Origin: Octopus vulgaris
Taxonomy: Eukaryota
Assembly (NCBI GenBank): GCA_951406725.2
Contig: OX597814.1
Coordinates: 12,586,001-12,650,000 of the forward strand
DNA: 64,000 bases
Reading direction: 5' to 3'
The notes beneath the pieces were generated by a model. The model saw only the letters and a program-made list of their open reading frames with translations, ran no database searches and was not told where the DNA came from. Positions 10,567 through 22,170 of this stretch are shown here, piece after piece. Position 1 is the first letter of the stretch, and every line of letters starts with the position of its first letter. The translations under genes and the position numbers were made by a program.

Positions 10567-11150
10567 ATGTACAGATAAACTTCTGAAATGTCTCTCTGAA
10601 AGAGTTATATTATCGAACCAACGACTAAAAGGCTTATTTTCGCATTTTTATAAAAAACATTTAATATTTGAAACTCTGTTGACAAAATTTACTTATTTTA
10701 CTTTAACTGGTTTAAGATAAGAGTTAAATATATGTAAGCAGGACTGTGTAAAATAGTCGGCAAGTCTGATCAGATATATAGGCTAAACAGGAATGACCTA
10801 CTCGACAATATAAAAAAAAATATACCTCTCAGTTTCTCTTTCTGAGATTGCTCTTTTATCGGGTATATATATAGGTATACATGTACAATAATTTCTGTTC
10901 GTCAGCACATCTAATATTTCTAATTTTTGTTTAGCTTCCGCTACTGGTTCTAAGGCTGACGTGAAACCGGTCTGCCATAATGTTAGCTCTGTAGTAAATT
11001 TCTCATATTTATATATAGTTTATAGAGAAGTTTTTATGTCCTTTATTTTGAACAATAGTGTGCTTATTTTACTCCAGATTTCGTTGATATAGTCACGAAT
11101 CTCCCCTGGTATTATTCTTGGCATTATTACAATCATTTTGCATACTTATA

Positions 11151-11250
<100 letters not shown>

Positions 11251-11955
11251 CTTGTCTGTATCAGTAGAAGTTGTTATGAACTGAATAATGCTGAATAATC
11301 GTGTTCTCAGTTCTCACCATGGTTCGTAATATAGTCACGAAACAAACCCATGTTAATTTTAATGTTAGTTGCATTGTTACTTGATGTATAGTAATACATA
11401 TATATATAAAAAATACATTGAAAATTCCACAAATTTATGTATGCGTTTTGTTCTTGTTTCTCATGATTTTGTTTCAGTTAATATTTCTCTTGTATTCAAT
11501 GTAATTTTATGTAGTTATGTTTAGGGAACTTGACCAACAGGTTATATATATATATACACATACAGACACATATATGTGTCTGTGAAAAAAGATATATGCA
11601 TGCATGTATGTATGTATGTATTTCTAGCAATGTACTCACACAGGTCACGCTTAGTGATAATTATAATTCTCCCTTTTGCATCCTGCTGTTTATATTAATT
11701 TTATGTATACATATTAGCGAATTACTGAATCATCCATTAATTTGGATAAAAAAAAACATATTTTCTAACAGAGAAGCAAGTCCGAAAAAAAAAGCCGATA
11801 TCACGTGCGCTTAACTGATGAGATAACGGAAATTGCCGAAACTGACGTCAGTATTAAGAATTCTCGATCGGTGGACGATTCAGGTCCATGTTAGTGAATA
11901 TGTTTTCATCCAAGTTGGTTAACTGCAACATTAGAGCATTTTAGCTCTTATTTCT

Positions 11956-12177
11956 TATTTCTTTACTACCCACAAGGGGCTACACACAGAGGGAACAAAC
12001 AAGGACAAACAAACGGATTAAGTCGATTACATCGACACCAGTGCGTAACTGGTACATAATCTATCGACCCCGAAAGGATGAAAGGCAAAGTCGACCTCGG
12101 CGGAATTTGAACTCAGAACGTAACGGCAGATGAAATGCTGCTAAGCATTTCGCCCGTTTCTGCCAGTTCGCTGCCTT
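11956..12177 (-). mobile_element. tRNA-derived SINE family B with ~15-bp TSD
   Basis: Minus-strand head with B box GAGTTCAAATTCC. TSD TTAGCTCTTATTTCT at 11941-11955 and 12177-12191. Confidence 0.88.
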
Positions 12178-12329
12178 TAGCTCTTATTTCTAGCAATGTA
12201 GATGTTAACACCCTAGCCACATTCTGTGAGAATTATAATTCTCCGTTTTGGTGAAACACTGCAACCTGCTCTTTATATTAAATTTATTTATCCCTTTTGG
12301 TGAAATATTGCAACCTGACTTATTTTTTG

Positions 12330-12502
12330 TCGAATGTACTTATTTTTTATTAAAGCCCTCTAATTATTCTATCCTTCTCTTTTGCCAAGCTGCTAAGTTA
12401 CGAGAACATAAGCTTACTAACATCGGTTGTCGAGCGGTGGTGGGGAGGCGCAGATACAGAGACAAAGATACACACACACCTAGATATTATATAATCATAC
12501 AC

Positions 12503-12554
<52 letters not shown>

Positions 12555-12605
12555 TTCTATGACGGGATTCTTTCAGTTTCCGTCTACCAAATCCACTCAC
12601 AAGTC
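12330..12605 (-). mobile_element. Diverged SINE family A fragment
   Basis: TCTTTCAGTTTCCGTCTACCAAATCCACTCACAAG and CATCGGTTGTC motifs. Confidence 0.6.
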
Positions 12606-12907
12606 TTTGAGCTATTTGCATTTCGAAAAGTGTGGCTTGTTCTCCACACGCCTTGTGCAATAGTAACAAATCATCTGTGTGCATAGGCTAACAGTTATAT
12701 TAGTTCTGCAATTCTACCGCCACCATGTCGACTGGTGATGGGAGATAAGGCGACAGGACAAGTAAATATATAATTAGCAGTTTCAAGCTGCAGATGTACA
12801 CAGTCGCAGTTCCTCGGCGACGACCATCTATGCTCAGAACTTGGGCAGATTTGTTTTCTGTATCCTCCAAAGGTCCCAAAGCTGAACTATATAGATGAAG
12901 CACTGCT

Positions 12908-13138
12908 TATTTCTTTATTGCCCTCAGTGGGGTAAACATAGAGGGGAAAAACAAGGACAGACAATCGGATTAAATCGATTATATCCACCTCAGTGCGTAA
13001 CTGGTACTTATTTAATCGACCCCGAAAGGATGAAAGGCAAAGTCGACCTCGGCGGAATTTGAACTCAGAACGAAATACTACTAAGCATTTCGCCCGGCGT
13101 GTTAACGTTTCTGTCAGCTCGCCGCCTGCCAGCTCGCC
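12908..13138 (-). mobile_element. SINE family B with 15-bp TSD
   Basis: Same body as 11956-12177. TSD AGATGAAGCACTGCT at 12893-12907 and 13139-13153. Confidence 0.88.
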
Positions 13139-13506
13139 AGATGAAGCACTGCTATCCCTATGGAAAATGAGGGTGTGATAAAAGGAATCCTTAACTTTGC
13201 TTATTCATATGTCAAACTTGTTAGCACACTGAAGCTGCCTGGTCATTCAGCGCCATTTTGGGAATGAAATTCATTCATAAATATTTGGGAAGGTGCGAAG
13301 TTTAGCGCAGAGATGACATATTATTCTACCATATACATTCATCTATATTTAATTTTAAAGGATAAAATTTGAAGATTAGGCTGCTGTTTCTAGCAGTTCG
13401 AACAACTCCACAGAAGTATCCTTGTAGGTTATACTTAGCGATGATGGCCCTCATTCAGTCGACCCTAGTCTAATCAAGAAATGGAGTCATGTTGAGGCGT
13501 ATGTAA

Positions 13507-13915
13507 TACTCTTTACTCTTTACTCTTTTACTTGTTTCAGTCATTTGACTGCGGCCATGCTGGAGCACCGCCTTTAGTCGAACAAATCGACCCCGGGACT
13601 TATTCTTTGTAAGCCCAGTACTTATTCTATCGGTCTCTTTTGCCGAACCGCTAAGTGACGGGGACGTAAACACACCAGCATCGGTTGTCAAGCAATGCTA
13701 GGGGGACAAACACAGACACACAAACACACACACACACACATTTATATACATATATACGACAGGCTTCTTTCAGTTTCCGCCTACCAAATCCACTCACAAG
13801 GCATTGGTCGGCCCGGGGCTATAGCAGAAGACACTTGCCCAAGATGCCACGCAGTGGGACTGAACCCGGAACCATGTGGTTGGTTAGCAAGCTACTTACC
13901 ACACAGCCACTCCTG
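13507..13915 (-). mobile_element. SINE family A
   Basis: Reverse complement of 9947-10370 at high identity. Confidence 0.92.
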
Positions 13916-14899
13916 TCTATGTTTCAACAATTATATGCTCTAAGATACAAAAAAAGTTTCATTGAATCTTAAAATATGACTTTCAACAAAACGTAATGTT
14001 TGAAGTCGTAAGCAATGTTTTTAACCTTGCATTTGTTATTGTTATATGATTTTCATATATTTTAAATTAATATTTATTTGTTTTAAATAAAAGCCCATCT
14101 CATTTGAATTAAAGTTCTTTAAATTCAAGTTCAATTGTTTTGAGATTCACGTGTTTCAATTTTGAAGTCGTTTATTTCAATTTGAATTTCCCTTGTTTAC
14201 TCTAAAGATCATCTGTTTTAATTTGAGAGTGAAAATACGCAGAATGAGACTGAACTCCTGTCGCACACACAAACACACCTGCATGTATGTATGGAACAAT
14301 GTGCTTATGTATGTATGTATGTATGTATGTATGTATGTATGTATGTATGTATGTACGTATGTATTCAAATATATATATGTGTATACATGTAAGTATTAAA
14401 TTAAGCAAGAAAGCTTTCTAAGTTTTACTTTCAAACATGTCATTTTCTACAAGTCACTGTTTTAAAATAACTGCACGACTGAAATCTGATAATTCATAAT
14501 TTCAGTTAAATCTTTCTCAATTGTGAGAGAATATAGATAGACAATTCTTAAAGTATATCTGGAGACCGTTGTTGCTATATTTTTTAATGAGAAAAATATG
14601 TTCTATATTATCTCTTGTAAATGTTTGCACTTGCCAGATGACAATTTATGTGGTTCAATCTGTGAAATTCTCTATGCTTTTATTATATCTTCAGGTATAT
14701 CTCACGTGAGAAAAAAAATTGATCGATTTTGCCTCGGAAGCTTTTGAGAAGTTTACAAACATTAAAACTACTTATAGATTTTTAACCATAGCACTTTCGC
14801 TGATTCTACTGATTCTTTTCAGAACACCTTCGTAATTTCTTCTTCAAGTTTCAATATAAATAGAGAAAAGGACTGGTTAGTGTTCTGCAAAGAAATCGA

Positions 14900-17260
14900 T
14901 AACGCATTGTCTGATAAACTATTATGTTCCTTTGTTTCCTTAAGAGTATAGGTATGCTTATCGCATCACCCGGTTAAATCAAACCTCGTAAGATGCTATG
15001 TCACTTAAACGTAGTGAAGACGACTATTAACAACAAACTTCAATATGTTGATCACTACTTTAGTAAAACCACGCCCAACATCTACAGCCGCTCTCCTGCA
15101 TCGTACATTGGTTCGCTGTCACCCCCGAGGAATTTTTTTAAACCATTGGTATTACATCCGACGTCAACAAAGTTTTCAACAGTATCTCGCACGCTAATCT
15201 TCTATACTTTGACGTACTGAATAGTAGGAGCATGTGAAAATATCCAACATTGTTTGGGTTGGTGTTAAAGTTCTCAAATGCGCCACTGATCCACACATCG
15301 GGACGTCCAGGTATGCCGGCCTGAGTCTTTAGAGGGACAATGACGGCTTTTGTGAAGTATATTTTGGAAGACCCTTATGTCGAAGAGTTTTGGCAAGTTC
15401 ATAAGTTCGACATAGTTAAATGAATGCTGCGTAACTAAACCTACAAATATTTTACCTAGAAAAGCCAGCTTTCGCCATGTTATAGATGAAAACCTAAGTG
15501 TATTATAACCTATGGATGTTTATGGATCAGAAAGCACAGAATTTATCGCACCCTTTAATTAATATTTTTGCTTGTCTTCTAATGTCACCAGGACGGCTCA
15601 GCTTAAGACATGTACTGGAAGAACAGCTGGGTCACGCATTACATTTGAACTTCAAAATTTAGCAGTGTCGCACATTGATATGTGCCCTAAAAATGTGAGA
15701 GCAGCGGCAAGTAGAAGAATATCTAGTGATAGCGCACTGCAATTGGGAAATTTCTTTCACTGTGAAGGTAAATCTTCCTTTACTTTTTGATTCTCCTTTT
15801 CATATAGTGATTACTCTTCGATTACTATTTTTATCCCAATCAGAAAAGGATGCAAACAATTCTTTGGATATTTAGTGTTCTTCATCACTATTTAACAGTC
15901 GACATGGGCGATGAACTGTATACTTCTTCATAATCTCATTGTTGGTAGGATTAAATACTTTATCTAGCGTTTTACTCCAAAAATTATCATCAGTTTCCGT
16001 TTCATTGATCTTGTCTTCCTACAAATCAATAAGCTCTATCACAGGGATTATTATTGTCTCCACCCCCCACTCTTCGTTTTGTAAATCACCTACCTACATG
16101 GCATCACTTCCAACAGCACTCTCTCCTATGTAGATTTATTTCTTTATTGCCCACAAGGGGCTAGATATAGAGGGGACAAACAAGGACAGGCAAAGGGATT
16201 AAGTTAATTATATCGACACCAGTGCGTAACTGGTACTTATTTAATCGACACTGAAAGGATGAAAGCTAAAGTCGACCTTGGCGGAATTTGAACTCAGAAC
16301 GTAACGGCAGACGAAATACCTATTTCTTTACTACCCACAAGGGGCTAAACACAGAGAGGACAAACAAGGACAGACAAACGGATTAAGTCGTTTATATCGA
16401 CCCCAGTGCGTAACTGGTACTTATTTAATCGACCCCGAAAGGATGAAAGGCAAAGTCGACCTCGGCGGAATTTGAACTCTGAACATAACGGCAGACGAAA
16501 TACGGCTACGCATTTCGCCCAATGTGCTAACGATTCTGCCAGCTAGATTGTGCTACCTATTATTCCTCTCCAATCTTTTGTACCTAAGTATCACATACAA
16601 GTACCCATTTCTGATCCTGCGATCGGAGATTTCAAAATCATTTTTCGAAAGGTTCATGCAAATTGTGTCTTCATTCGCAACAAAAAGACACCAAGAAAAT
16701 ATCGCAACTTACTGAATACGGCTGCTTCAATTACAACGCTTCACCTTAGCAAAGGATCTCTCCAGGTAAATGTCTGTGCTCAACGTATTAATGACAATAA
16801 CACAATGATTCTCTTTCTTCAGAACCTGAAATACCTCATTTGCTAAAATAATGACCTCTCAAATCCGAAATCCACAATGGACTGTTGCTTCTATATTCGG
16901 TAAGAAGGAGCTACAGCACACACGCACACGCACGCACGCACACGTGGCAGATTGTATTCAATGAAAGAGCACTCGACTGATGAATAATATGTTTCTCAGA
17001 AACGCAATGCAAAATCTGGTATATGGTCATAATCTGGTGTACTGTTATCTTCTCTTCGGCTTTTGTACTAACAATAAAAAAGCATCTGCTTTTTGGACCA
17101 CGCAGCCCTACTCTAGCACTTCCGATTATTCGTATCCTCATTACTTGCTTTGTGTCCACCACCTCTTTCGTGCAGTCGATGTCTATCGAAACAATTATTT
17201 TAGTCTCGATCAGAAATGGATTTAGATTACTCATTTTGCATTTATCAACGTTCGTCTGAT
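14900..17260 (+). mobile_element. Highly decayed non-LTR RT remnant, interrupted by other insertions
   Basis: TIGITSDVNKVFNSISHANLL near 15142-15205 resembles the RT motif LDISKAFD.V.H..LL. Weak C-terminal-like similarity near 17130-17230. Boundaries uncertain. Confidence 0.3.
16137..16544 (-). mobile_element. SINE family B tandem dimer
   Basis: Two head-to-tail bodies (16137-16320 and 16321-16544), flanked by TAGATT on both sides. Confidence 0.85.
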
Positions 17261-17450
17261 TACTGCAATACGAAACCTTTACTCACGTATTTTAAAACTT
17301 AATTACTTGAAACTGTTCAAGAGAAGATCAAACGTAATCAATGTCACCCGACTCGGTGGGGTGATACCTGCTTCAGGACAAGCCAATAATAATAACCATA
17401 CAAAAATATCAAAACTTGTCTGCAGACCTGCTCTTGTTTATAGTCTCTTG

Positions 17451-17852
17451 TGTGGAAGCACTCCGTCGGTTCCGACGACGAGGGTTCCGGTTGATCCGAA
17501 TCAACGGAACAGACTGCTCGTGAAATTAACGTGTAAGTGGCTGAGCACTCCACAGACACGTGTGCCCTTAACGTAGTTCTCGGGGATATTCAGCGTGACA
17601 CAGAGAGTGACAAGGCCGGCCCTTTGAAATACAGGTACAACAGAAACGGGAAGTAAAAGAGAGAGAGAGAGAGAGTTGTGGTGAAAGAGTACAGCAGGGA
17701 TCACCAGGATCACCACCATCCCCTGCCGGAGCCTAGTGGAGCTTTAGGTATTTTCGCTCAATAAACACTCACAACGCCCGGTCTGGGAATCGAAACCGCG
17801 ATCCTACGACCGCGAGTCCGCTGCCCTAACCACTGGGCCATTGCGCCTCCAC
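17451..17852 (-). mobile_element. tRNA-derived SINE family C with 13-bp TSD
   Basis: Head GTGGAGGCGCAATGGCCCAGTGGTTAGGGCAGCGGACTCGCGGTCG..GGTTTCGATTCCC. TSD TTATAGTCTCTTG at 17438-17450 and 17853-17865. Confidence 0.9.
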
Positions 17853-17925
17853 TTATAGTCTCTTGATGGTGGTTTGCACTGTCTAAATATCGCTAGACAC
17901 CTTCCTTCTGAATATCAATCCGTTT

Positions 17926-18110
17926 AAGGCGGTGAGTTGGCAGAGTCGTTAGCACGCCGGGCAAAATCCTTAGCGGCATTTCGACCGTCTTCACGTCTGA
18001 GTTCAAATTCGTCCGAAATCAAAGTTGCCTTTCATCGTGCCGGCGTTGATAAACTAAGTACCTGTTGAACCCTCGAAATTGCTGGCTTTGTGTCAAAATT
18101 TGAAATCAAT
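17926..18110 (+). mobile_element. Older SINE family B-related copy
   Basis: AAGGCGGTGAGTTGGCAGAGTCGTTAGCACGCCGGGC..GAGTTCAAATTC..GCCTTTCATC. Confidence 0.65.
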
Positions 18111-18829
18111 ATTAATCCGTTAATGCATAAGCGTGTAAGTTACTGTATATAATTATCAAAAAGTGAAAATATATACATAAAAACATCGGGTATTGACTGA
18201 ACAACAGATGTAAGACAGTTTAATATTTATTGTAATTTTGTTGGCAGGTTTGAAACTTGGCTGGTAGTTGCTTGTTCACGCTGTGAGACGAAGGCTAATT
18301 CTTAAGTATATAGCTCTACAAAGAGCGGAATGAATTGGCTTAAAGAAGACGGGTTGGATAAAAAAAAATGATGGTAATAATGGTTGAAACAGATCTGTAA
18401 TTTATTTGGGATGGATGATGGTGATGATTTGTGTGTGTGTGCGTGTGCGCAGCACGCACGTGTGTGTATGTATGTAGATAAAGATGAGGTGAATGGAGTT
18501 TATTCTTGGGAATGAGAAATAGGTTAGCTGAAGGAGAAGTTGGCGGAAGTTAAGAGAAGAGCAAAGTATGTTAGGAATGGAGACAAACGAACTGAATTAT
18601 ATAAATATATAAATTATATAAAGGGTTAAAGGAGCGAAGAACGCTTGGAGGCATTGACTTAGCTATATATATATATAACTTAGCTATATATAAAGAGAAA
18701 GACGAAGAAACACAAACACACGGACGCACATTTATGTATCAATCTTTCTTGTGCTGATCGTAGATATTAGTAATTCATTTTGCTTCTCTGTTAACTGTCT
18801 CTAAGCAATATTTTCTAATTACGACTCCA

Positions 18830-19800
18830 AAATATTTTAATTTCCTGTCTTTGTTGTCGGACAAATCATTATTATTTTTTTACCACTCTTGATATTTCAT
18901 TAGGTGTTCTGTCCATATTGTCAAAAGTCTTCTGTCTGCCCCACACCTCAAGGGATTGTTATCTATTTTATGATATTTCTGCTTCATAGAATAGAGAAGG
19001 CCATACGTAACGTTTTAATAATCTGTTTTCTGTTACCAATATTAATGTTTTTCGATATATGTTTGACGATTTTCTAAATAGCATTCTAGCTAACTGAAAC
19101 CTTCTTTTGATTTCTGTGTTCTGACTGCATATATCCCAGTTATATTATGTTTGGTATGTGTTTTGTTCGCTTTCCCTCAAAATTAATTTTTGGTAGCTAT
19201 TATTGATGATTACCATTCATTTTATTTTCCACATATGCATTTCCAGTCCATGTCCTTTAGGTCATCTTTAGGTCAAGTTAATAACGTCTTTACCCAACTC
19301 TCTTCATTTATACTGTAAGATCTTGCCCTGTTTAGTTCTTACTAGTATTGTTTCCTCCTAGCATGCGTTTTATCATTATTTAGAAGACGTCATCACCTAT
19401 CCTGAGTTCTCTTTAGTATCTAATAATCTTATAATAGTTTTCTCTGCCAAATACCTTGTTATAAAGTATGAAGAATATGTAAATTTCTTGATTTATGTTT
19501 AGAGCTCATTCACGTATGGTTCTTAGGTTAAATATTCCTTCATCATTTTCCATTTCTGGTGTTTGAATCAGTTTGCAGTTAATGCATTTCTTCATATATT
19601 CTTGCTGTAATATTTTTGCTGAATGCTTAGTATTTTAGTCATATGACACAAGATTATGGACTTAAATAACGTGCACTCGTGTTTCTTTTGTAATGGAACA
19701 AAGATCTTGATTGGTCGACTACATGCTAGTTATTTCATTTTAATTACACCCAGTTATCTTTCCATATTTTGAAGAATGTTTACCTTTTCTTCTATTAATT
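18830..19800 (-). mobile_element. Decayed RTE LINE RT remnant
   Basis: Minus-strand translation IFVPLQKK..C....I.L.HM.K and EGIFNLRTIRE*AL..NQEIYIFFILYNKVF matches the RTE pattern AIF.LR...E....Q...Y.CFIDY.KAF. Confidence 0.5.
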
Positions 19801-19961
19801 ATATTTTCTTTCTGTTAGCGTCTTCTAAATTGCGACTAGTAGATCTATTCTCATCACGGCGTATGCATTCAATTAATTTAAATGCATATGACAATCAAAC
19901 TGTACATTACCATTTTTGGTCTTAATATTACCACTTTATTGACGTATGCATTTGGTCTGTA

Positions 19962-20080
19962 CATTACGGCCATATCACGTTAAAAGCACCGGTTCTCGTC
20001 CGATCACCCAAGTTAAGCAACATCGAGCCTAGTTACTACTTAGATGGGTGACCGCTTGGGAAACCTAGGAGCTGTAAGCG
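19962..20080 (+). rRNA. 5S rRNA gene copy, probably a dispersed pseudogene
   Basis: TTACGGCCATATCACGTT.AAAGCACCGGTTCTCGTCCGATCACC.AAGTTAAGCAAC.TCGAGCCTAGTTA.TACTTAGATGGGTGACCGCTTGGGAAACCTAGG.GCTGTAAGC is full-length metazoan 5S. The first two nt are altered, there is no oligo-T terminator, and it is a single copy. Confidence 0.9.
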
Positions 20081-20092
20081 TCACACATTTAT

Positions 20093-20483
20093 AGGCGTAG
20101 GAGTGGCTGTGTGGTAAGTAGCTTGCTTACTAACCATATGGTTCCGGGTTCAGTCCCACTGCGTGGTACCTTGGGCAAGTGTCTTCTACTATAGCCTCCG
20201 GCCGACCAAAGCCTTGTGAGTGGATTTGGTAGACGGAAACTGAAAGAAGCCCGTCGTATATATGTACGTGTGTATGTTTATGTTTGTGTATCTGTGTTTG
20301 TCCCCGCAACAACGCTTTGACAACCGATTAACTTAACGGTTTGACAAAAGAGACCGATAGAATAAGTACTAGGCTTACAAAGAATAAGTCCTGGGGTCGA
20401 TATGCTCGACTAAAGGCGGAGCTCCAGCATGGCCACAGTCAAATGACTGAAAAAAGTGAAATAGTAAAAAGTGTAAAAGAGTA
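20093..20483 (+). mobile_element. SINE family A
   Basis: Matches 9947-10370 with a small internal deletion. Confidence 0.9.
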
Positions 20484-20652
20484 TTTGTTTTAATCTATGC
20501 TGCTTATTAAGGTTTTTTTTTAACTACATGGCATTGGCCATGTAATTATTTAATTAGCTCTTTCCTACAGATTTTCATTTGAAGCGTCATATCTAACCTT
20601 GATGTAAATGTTTGTATGTCCTCCAATTTTACTAAAATTTAAATAGTTATTC

Positions 20653-20822
20653 AGGTGCAGGCGTGGTTGTGTAGTAAGAAGTTTGCTTCCCAACCACATA
20701 GATCTAAGTTCGGTTCCACTGCGTGGTACCTTGGTTATATGTCCTCTACTATAGCCTCAAGCCGACGAAAGCCTTGTGAGTGTATTTGGTGGAGGAAAAC
20801 TGAGAGAAATCCAGCGTATATG

Positions 20823-20865
<43 letters not shown>

Positions 20866-21067
20866 TTGTCCTCATCAATGCTAGAGAAACGTTGTTGGTG
20901 TATTTGCGTGTCTGTAACTCAACAGTTGAGCAAAAGAGACTGATAGAATGAGTACCAGGCTTCGAAAGAGAAAAAAAGCCAAAAAGTACTGGAGTAGCTT
21001 CATACAACTAAAAATTCTCCAAGGTGATTCTCAGCCTAAAGACTGAAACAGGTAAAAGTTAAAAGAT
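20653..21067 (+). mobile_element. Diverged SINE family A
   Basis: Colinear degenerate head, microsatellite and GACTGAAACAGGTAAAAG tail. Confidence 0.75.
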
Positions 21068-22170
21068 ATATTTTATCATATTTCCCTCCTTTCAATTAAT
21101 ACATTCTTTAATGTTGTTTGCACGAAAGGTCTAATCATGTTCCGCTTTTCTTCTGTTTGCTCATTATTATGTGGTTTCTGTATTTCATGTATTTGTTAAA
21201 TCTATGTCTGCCTGTATTCTATTTGCTTTAGGTGTTTAATTATCTCATCTGCTAATAATTTTTATTTTCTTGAATTTGATTTGTAAATTCTATGTCAAAT
21301 TCACAGTTGGAATAGATATTTTGCTTGATAGAATGTTTCGCAAAATTTCTATGCCTTTGGTTTATCAATATATAATATGGTGGGTATCTTCCATTATGTA
21401 GAGCGGACTCTTCCACGGAAGTAATTCTCTTGACGGTTCCAGGAAGAGAGTGACGTTGAATACTAAATCGCTTCTTTGAGAAAAAATAATGATTTATTGA
21501 TCTACTTCATATATTTCACCAATGCCAGAGTGACTTATAATGTCGGCGTTTTGTCTGTAGAGTTTACATTAGAATCTAACATTGTGAGATCTTTATGCAA
21601 TGCTGCATTATAAAACATATTGAAATTGTTTTATATCTTCTTATGTCTTCTTACTGTGGTCTTGACTTAATGCTCATGATTGTGTGATGTTGTTCTTAAA
21701 AGATTTCCCCTTGCAGATGCATCATTAACTCTCTGTATATATGATATAGCACATACGTACAGACATCTGTATGTATGTATAGAAACACACACACACACAG
21801 ACACACACAAATATGCACACACATACACACACACAATATGGGATCAGTCGTAACATTCTTATACTTTTGCACATATATGCGGAGGATAGAACAATGTTTT
21901 TTTGAATAAAACTAGTAATTGTTCATGCATGGAAGCCCCCACTTTACTCTATCGATGTTTATTCAAAGCAAAGGGAGTCGACTTGGATCATTATATATAG
22001 AGATTTGTGTGTGTATTTGTGTGTGTGTATATGAGTGTATGTATGTTTGTATGTATATATATAATACATGTACATACATATACATTATATATATATATAC
22101 ATATATACATACATTCACATATACGCACACACATACACACACATCCGTATGAATTATATATATATGTATA

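Noticed and set aside
13470-13972. Recurrent ORFs MTTDAGVF.., MSSNARGT.., MLGGQT..
   Set aside because: Chance frames within SINE A copies, not a gene family.
17790-17852. tRNA-like cloverleaf with A and B boxes
   Set aside because: It is the head of SINE C, with no proper acceptor stem or terminator; not a tRNA gene.
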